64,000 bases of DNA from Hormiphora californensis (lineage: Eukaryota > Animalia > Ctenophora), in the NCBI GenBank assembly GCA_020137815.1, contig CM035357.1:1054001-1118000 (forward strand), in the 5' to 3' direction. Below the pieces are notes generated by a model that was not told the origin of the DNA, did no database searches, and saw only the letters and a program-made list of their open reading frames with translations. Every line of letters begins with the position of its first letter. The first letter of the stretch is position 1. Made by a program: the position numbers and the translations under genes. Positions 56,353 through 64,000 of the stretch are shown here, piece by piece.

Positions 56353-57350
56353 TGAGACCTCATCGGTCCCGATACGTGATTCTCTACCGCTATGTATTCT
56401 CCATTAGTCTTTCCGTATCGATCAACGATTCAGTAGAGGTAGTCAGTAACTACTGAGAGTGTTGGTTAATTAAATGAAAGGCGGTTACCTATAATTTCAC
56501 CTAATCGGTGCCAATACGTGATTACTGATTTTCTACCGTTATTCGCCAATAGTCTTTATGTACACAATTCAGTAGAGCGGAATCACACATAATACTATGA
56601 TAGGTGAACCAAGTGGTTGGGTGGTTCACCTGTCATTGTGCTACACGCTCAATCAATGGATCTATCGTACCGGTAGGTAGCTACCTCATTAGACCAACAC
56701 TCTCAGTAGTTACTGACTACCTCTACTGAATCGTGGATCGATACGGAAAGACTAATGGAGAATACATAGCGGTAGAGAATCACGTATTGGGACCGATGAG
56801 GTCTCATTGTCAATTGGTAACCGCTTTTCATTAGAGGATACCATGGTACGTGATACCATACCGTGATTCTGATTTTTCACTCTCTCAGTTCTCATTCGTA
56901 CTCGCTCTCTATCTCGGTCTCTATCGCATATGGTCTAGTTGGATACGTGACACGAATCACTATAATTAGGGGATGGTGATTCGGTCTCTCTACAGCCGAT
57001 ACGTGATACGAAACACTATTAGGGTAGGACGATTCGGTCTATTCCCCGCTTTAGTCTGGTTAGATACGTGATCCCTTGCAGCCTTTTATTGCAGCCTTTT
57101 ATTGCAGCCTTTTTCTGCAGCCTTTTATTGCAGCCTTTTATTGCAGCCTTTTATTGCAGCCTTTTTCTGCAGCCTTTTATTGCAGCCTTTTATTAGGAGC
57201 GAAGTTCTACTCACCTGCCGGGGATTTCGCATTGTTCATCGTTAACCATGTCGGACGATGAATAACCCGTAATCACTTCCACACCGGCACCGTCCCCTTG
57301 GTTGGAAGAGAGACCGAGGCTAATGCGGGAGATTGCTCTCCTCAGAAGAA

Positions 57351-57421
57351 AGTTATCGAACATTCGAAAAGCTATGGATTTATAAATTATAAACCCATGG
57401 CTTTTCGAATGTTCGATAACT
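57351..57421. repeat. 70-bp near-perfect hairpin
   Basis: agttatcgaacattcgaaaagc..tataaattata..gcttttcgaatgttcgataact. Confidence 0.85.
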
Positions 57422-58693
57422 GTTTATAATATTAAATACGTTATTATCAAAATGAATATTGTTTCAATTGTTCTTTTAATGTGTAGAGAGATAGTGAGAG
57501 ATAATATCTGTTATAAAATAATACCAGCCTTGATGAAGAAGCAATGCAATGATTTAATTAGGGTCGGCACAATTGTGAACATTCAAATTGAGAAAGTTGT
57601 TTAATGTGTATGACATTTGTGTGACATCTACATCTGTTCCGGATACCGTAAGAGCACTTTATATATAACATCGATTACGGATAACCAGAGAGAGGATCCA
57701 GTTATGTGACACAAGAGACAACATCGTTCTTGATGTACCGAACAGTACTCAACCGATGGCGAGTTTCATACGGGGACAAATTGGTAGGTTTGTGTGGGGG
57801 CCACTGGACACGAGATAGGGTATAGCAAAAGTGATAGAAATGAGCGTTCGTCTCAATGTCATCTTGACCATGTTTAACCTCAATTCTCCCTCAGGACAAC
57901 AAGAGCCAAAGGACTACAACATGATGATTTTTAATAACCAGGTTTCTTTTTTATTCTAAAAATGAGTCTTTCTTTCTTGATGTACCGAGTACAGCCTGCG
58001 ACAAAATTGACACATTTCTGATGGAAGGCAAGTTCCAACTTGCTTTGGGAATGATATCAGCTGAAAATCAGGTAAAAAGAATTGAAGCGTTTTGAATCAC
58101 AAAGTTTCTTTTCCGCTCTATATTTTTTATTAGAAGTTCGAACAAAATGAATCTTTATCGATATTTAGCACATATTTCTAGACAATAAAAAGTTCTGAAA
58201 AAAATGCTGACGCCCCTAAAAACAATGAAATGTATTTCTCATTCTTTGGAAATTGGAATCCGAAATCATCATGGGAAGATTCAAATTAGCCCCATTCTCA
58301 GACCTCATACACTTCTCAAGACACACTCACACACTATCAAGTCAATCCTGCACCAGCCCGCACCAGTGAATACTCGACGCTGATGATACCTTTATAGTTT
58401 AATATTAATAATAGTTTCTAGTTTTTGCCCAAAGTAAGCAAATATTACAGTTAACAGTACATGAATATAGCCGGTCCAAGAGACGATATTTGATGGAGAA
58501 TTTAGCCCATGGAGAGTCCAGTTGACGATATAAATACATAATGAGAAGTCAAGAAAGCGACCAAAATGTGTAAAAAGAGAGACTACTAAACAAAAGTTGA
58601 ACCTAAAGCCCCGATTTACCGAAACCCCGATATACCGGGAGGATAAACTTTCCCCGATATACGAAAGGAACGGTATTTGACTGGAATATTATA

Positions 58694-61558
58694 CAAGGTG
58701 GGCCACGGATTGTTGGTAAGGGTTAGCGAGTTGTCCCGTCAAAACGGTGATAGTTGCGAGAATAAAAATTATGGGAGCACTCTGGATCAATTTCTTGGTA
58801 ACTTTTTCCATAATTTTTTGTCAAAAATTCGAAAATTCATTTTTCATTCCTTCATTCATTTCTCGTTCATTTATGATGTGAGCATCCTAATTTTCCATCA
58901 TGGTGCTATTTTTCTTTGGCTTGAATTTATCTTTCCAATGAACACCATAAAAATGAAATTAAAGCACCAGGTCACGTTGCAGTTGAGAAAATGCTCATGC
59001 ATGATTTTGGCTCTTCCTGCGACTTTCAATGAGCTGTATCACGGCTCCCTTTTGTTCAATCTTTTTCAAAATTTGGGTGAACATTGGATAAACAAAGATC
59101 TTTGCTCACAAGAAAAATCAAGGTCAAAACTCAAAGTTCATTTTTCATTTTTGGTAGTTCATTCCACTCATTCAGGAACTAACATCCCTAAAGTCATGAA
59201 AAGTTTTGGGTTTTGTTTGGCCTATGCTCTGCAATGCTAGAGAGGTGTAGTAGCGTGTTTCCGGGCTAGTTTTTGGGTGTCCATGTGATCATGATGATAC
59301 CTGACACCTTATTTGGGCCATAATTAAGATATTTTCTCAAGTTGAAGCATGTGACTTGGGTTTTCTGTGATTGATATCGTGAAACAATGTTATGGGATCC
59401 CATAGCACCCCTAAAATGATGATTAATTCAACAAAATGGGTTTAAATCTTTTCAATAATAAATCAACTCATTTTGTTGAATTAATCATCATTTTAGGGGT
59501 GCTATGGGATCCCATAACATTGTTTCACGATATCAATCACAGAAAACCCAAGTCACATGCTTCAACTTGAGAAAATATCTTAATTATGGCCCAAATAAGG
59601 TGTCAGGTATCATCATGATCACATGGACACCCAAAAACTAGCCCAGAAACACGCTACTACACCTCTCTAGCATTGCAGAGCATAGGCCAAACAAAACCCA
59701 AAACTTTTCATGACTTTAGGGATGTTAGTTCCTGAATGAGTGGAATGAACTACCAAAAATGAAAAATGAACTTTGAGTTTTGACCTTGATTTTTCTTGTG
59801 AGCAAAGATCTTTGTTTATCCAATGTTCACCCAAATTTTGAAAAAGATTGAACAAAAGGGAGCCGTGATACAGCTCATTGAAAGTCGCAGGAAGAGCCAA
59901 AATCATGCATGAGCATTTTCTCAACTGCAACGTGACCTGGTGCTTTAATTTCATTTTTATGGTGTTCATTGGAAAGATAAATTCAAGCCAAAGAAAAATA
60001 GCACCATGATGGAAAATTAGGATGCTCACATCATAAATGAACGAGAAATGAATGAAGGAATGAAAAATGAATTTTCGAATTTTTGACAAAAAATTATGGA
60101 AAAAGTTACCAAGAAATTGATCCAGAGTGCTCCCATAATTTTTATTCTCGCAACTATCACCGTTTTGACGGGACAACTCGCTAACCCTTACCAACAATCC
60201 GTGGCCCACACGGCGTGCCTGGTGAAATTTTAACACGACCTAGCATGCAACGGGAAACCACCACTTGTACGTGGTAGCTGAGGGTCTACAGAATGGCGCT
60301 ACGGTGCGGGAAAAAAAAGTCCATGCCCTAAAATCGTTTTTTTTACTTTTATTTGATTTGGGTCAAAATTGGCTATATTAAACGTGGTCCCGAAAAATCC
60401 ATAATGACTTAGCACACAAAATATGTCACCCCTACCTATTTTTGCACGTAGAATCGATTGCCGTTGAAGTCGAATCTCTAAAATGACTGTAAAATGGTCA
60501 AAAGTTGATTTTTTACCATTTTTTGGAGGTTTTTGGCCCCTAAACCATTGAAAACGGTGAGATAGGAATTTGAAACTAGTGCCAATCGTTAAAATGGTCA
60601 TTTTTCTACCAAGAACCAAGTTTTCGTGTATATCCGATTTATGGTTAGATTTGGGCAAATTGTTGAAATCTGCCAACTAGGAGAACCGTAACTTGATTTT
60701 CTTGTTTTTTGGATTTTGGCATTTTTGACAAACTTCTGATTGAAATGGTCAATCGGGACCATGCTTAAGTTGTTTATGGGACAATGTTCGACTAAAATCC
60801 AAGATTTCATACCAATCCAATAACAGATCGTTGATTTATAGAAAATTTAAGTAGGCAAAACGGTCAAAATAAGCAAGAAAAGTTGTCATTTTGACCGTTT
60901 TACCTACTTAATTTTTCTATAAATCAACGATCTGTTATTGGATTGGTATGAAATCTTGGATTTTAGTCGAAAATTGTCCCATAAACAACTTAAGCATGGT
61001 CCCGATTGACCATTTCAATCAGAAGTTTGTCAAAAATGCCAAAATCCAAAAAACAAGAAAATCAAGTTACGGTTCTCCTAGTTGGCAGATTTCAACAATT
61101 TGCCCAAATCTAACCATAAATCGGATATACACGAAAACTTGGTTCTTGGTAGAAAAATGACCATTTTAACGATTGGCACTAGTTTCAAATTCCTATCTCA
61201 CCGTTTTCAATGGTTTAGGGGCCAAAAACCTCCAAAAAATGGTAAAAAATCAACTTTTGACCATTTTACAGTCATTTTAGAGATTCGACTTCAACGGCAA
61301 TCGATTCTACGTGCAAAAATAGGTAGGGGTGACATATTTTGTGTGCTAAGTCATTATGGATTTTTCGGGACCACGTTTAATATAGCCAATTTTGACCCAA
61401 ATCAAATAAAAGTAAAAAAAACGATTTTAGGGCATGGACTTTTTTTTCCCGCACCGTAGCGCCATTCTGTAGACCCTCAGCTACCACGTACAAGTGGTGG
61501 TTTCCCGTTGCATGCTAGATCGTGTTAAAATTTCACCAGGCACGCCGTGCCCACCTTG
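58694..61558. mobile_element. Composite double-foldback Tc1/mariner-type non-autonomous element (TA TSD)
   Basis: Outer TA-CAAGGTGGG..CCCACCTTG-TA; palindrome A 58698-60209 (centre ~59450) fused to an unrelated palindrome B 60209-61549 (centre ~60880). Confidence 0.88.
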
Positions 61559-61659
61559 TAGTTAGTTAAGTTAGCAATTTATTTGAATATGATTTCGAAC
61601 AAATAGATACGAGTTTTCAACCCAACGTCCCTCATTTATTTATCTGGCTCACCAGGAGT

Positions 61660-62750
61660 ATCACTGCGCTGGCAAGCGCAAAGGTTGCCATTCCCCCCCC
61701 CCCCCTCAAAAAGCGCCGCCAGAAACGCAGTTATACGTTTTATGGGTGTTTGGCTGAAAATCCAGATTTCAGAAAGCTATAGCGTGGCTCCCTTTCATCC
61801 GTTTGACTTGAAATTTGGAATGTATACCCGGCTTGGGGTCTTTGACTCAAGTTCAAAATTTCAAGTCTCTATCTCATCTGGAACCGAAGTTACAGACAGG
61901 TCCCATTTGCACTAAATTCAGTGTAACAGGCACGCGCGCACGCGCGCATAGGAGAGACGCTTTTTATAAGTGAATGTGACGCCAAACGAAAAGAGATAGA
62001 GACTTCATCTTTTCACAGCTGGTAGATCTACTGGATGTGTGTGCATTAGTCGTAATGGGGTCCCTTTTCATCGCCAGGAACGTCCTACAGAACGTCTTAA
62101 AGTCGTCATTTTTCAGACTCTAACCAAAATTCTTTGAGCTCAATTTACACCCTAAAGACGGATTCTAATCGAAAATCCAAGACTATATCATGGAAAGAGA
62201 ATTGTCTGAACTTTCAGAAACTATATTGTGAATTTTGAAAACCAGACGTATAAGGGTCTTAAAACGCGTCTAAAGTGTTATGACTGTTTAAAAACAGATA
62301 TGACGTTATGGGTTTTTTCGCTATAGCGGACTCAAATCTCATCCAATCGATCTCAAACTTGGTCAGTATCTTCATCTAGGTGGGCCCGATAATATGACGT
62401 CTTAATTTTGACGTTACAACGTCGTGACGTCATTTTATGACGTCAAAAATGTAAATTTGTCAATTTCGCGACTCTAACCTTTCTGTACCTATTCTACTAA
62501 CTCTACGTGGATAAAAAATCCCAAAAATGATGCATATTATACCAAAACTAATTGAAATTAGTAGGCCGGAAAGGTTGCCCTATGATTTGAGCTACCTTTG
62601 GCACCAGTACATTCCCTTAAATTGAAGATAGACGAAGCATATGTTTTACCCTGTCTGCACCCCGGCCCGTGAATGTTACAGTGGCAAAGGTAGCTCAAAT
62701 CATAGGGCAACCTTTCCGGCCTACTAATTTCAATTAGTTTTGGTATAATA
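61660..62750. mobile_element. Second, inverted copy of the ~1.1-kb element at 46976-48076
   Basis: Colinear reverse complement with substitutions; terminal palindrome 62535-62750. Confidence 0.75.
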
Positions 62751-64000
62751 TGGAATACGTTGTATTACTACATCCTTTTACTTTGTTATCAAAACTCTAT
62801 CCGACACGTTTTATCTTGGTCCCACACCTGACACTACACTGCACCACTGAACAGTGGTATCAGAGAAGACATGCCATCTGGCTACCGACGGGAAAAACAG
62901 TGGATCGCGTGGGAAGTACGCGACAGACATGTGAGGTGGAGAACCGACGAGTACGAGAGGAACTCCGAAGCTTCCTGCGACAGAGAGTCGGGTACTTCAA
63001 GAGCCTCCTCTCGATGAAGAGTGTGTAGAATAAATAAACGGACACTAACATAGCCCATGCACTCCCAGAAATGAAGAAGCTAACTAAAAGAGACAAAGAG
63101 TGTGATTGAAGAAGTTAGCGGTTAAATGGTGTGTTTGTATACCCAATCAACAGTGGTAGCAGAGAAGACCATATGATATCAATGCTCCAATTTTCGACAA
63201 CCAGACTAACTTCGAGACATACCGGAGCGAGAGTTTGACATTTGGCTACTGGGAACACAATGTTTGTGAGATTTCCTTAGCCCAACTTGGAATACGTTAT
63301 AATACTGTTTACTTTGTAGTTTGTAACCAAACCTTTATCCGACGCGTTTTATCTTGGCCGTCCTGCCCGTTGCGTCAACCATCAGTGAATCGCCAGGTGC
63401 AGCAACAATGGTTGAAAGGACGAGCAAAGGGAGGCAGTCTAAGTGAAAGACAACAGCTGCCAAGACAGTCAACTACGGTGGCACACACCTTACTGTATTG
63501 CACCACTGAATAGTAATTTATAAAGGGTGTTATATTATTGGACTCCTAGCCTATTCTTGAAAGGTACCCATAAACCTCCAGCCGACAACCCATCTCGTGG
63601 GGTCATTCTAAAACTCCTAAAACAGGCATTCAAACTATCGAAAGAGTTAGTTAATAAAAGAAAGCAATTGAAAACCCGCTAGTTGATTCCAGGAGGAAAG
63701 ACACCTTGATGAAGAAGCAAGGAAGAACCAGGATGAAGAGGATGAATTGCTCGGATAACTGTCCTCCTACTTGTTATAAACATCGTGGAGTTGCTGCCAA
63801 CCCTGGCTGAACGTAGTGACACAGACATTGTCAAAGATGAAGCAACTAGCGTGGTTAGTGCTGATGGACTTGGAATTTCAGATACCTGCAACGGTTTGTC
63901 CTGAAATTCTTCCTCCAATTTAATAAAGGTATAATGATCCTCCAATAATGTTATTTGTGTAATGACTAATAATATTATACCACAACAGACCGAGGTAACA

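Larger units (their letters stand above)
55258..57219. repeat. ~2-kb inverted repeat with 13-bp AATAAAAGGCTGC arrays near both ends
   Basis: Right arm 56690-57219 is the reverse complement of the left arm once two MITEs are removed. Confidence 0.9.

Noticed and set aside
48110-57345. Calling this block a Polinton or endogenous virus
   Set aside because: No polB, integrase, ATPase or capsid motifs visible; left as an unassigned family
58677-61459. Paired identical ORFs on opposite strands (187/189, 125/125, 70/70 aa; also 20116/20547 and 51333/51403)
   Set aside because: By-products of palindromic arms; no transposase or other recognisable motifs
62750-63945. Short ORFs near the window end
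   Set aside because: No recognisable motifs or consistent splice structure; cannot be supported

Overview
Eukaryotic (animal) genomic DNA, rich in introns, microsatellites and MITEs. The abundant 109-bp hAT MITE (spurious translation QEPT..KQPIRTRYLGHVTGYQPIRDQYFLIRSVP) matches one I recall from the ctenophore Pleurobrachia; that is recollection, not a search result. Three conserved multi-exon genes can be spliced by eye: Pur-alpha/PURA (minus, 2530-9502), JMJD6/PSR (plus, 12808-23343, head-to-head with PURA) and CNOT4 (plus, 35360-45330, RING exons not found). An intact solo LINE-ORF1-like ORF lies in a PURA intron and an antisense CD225/dispanin-like gene in a JMJD6 intron; a raw/NDT-like gene lies just upstream of the visible CNOT4 exons. 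The window holds many inverted-repeat elements: hAT, Harbinger, Academ-like, TTAA-target and Tc1/mariner MITEs, a fused double-foldback element and a Penelope-like structure. Two of them carry tRNA-like Pol III cassettes. 48-55 kb is a decayed cluster of paralogous ORFs sharing a protein domain I do not recognise. Short duplications and minisatellites recur at splice sites of all three genes. Parts of the assembly (about 4.0-4.4, 16.5-19.5 and 30-39 kb) look error-rich, so frameshifts there should not be trusted.
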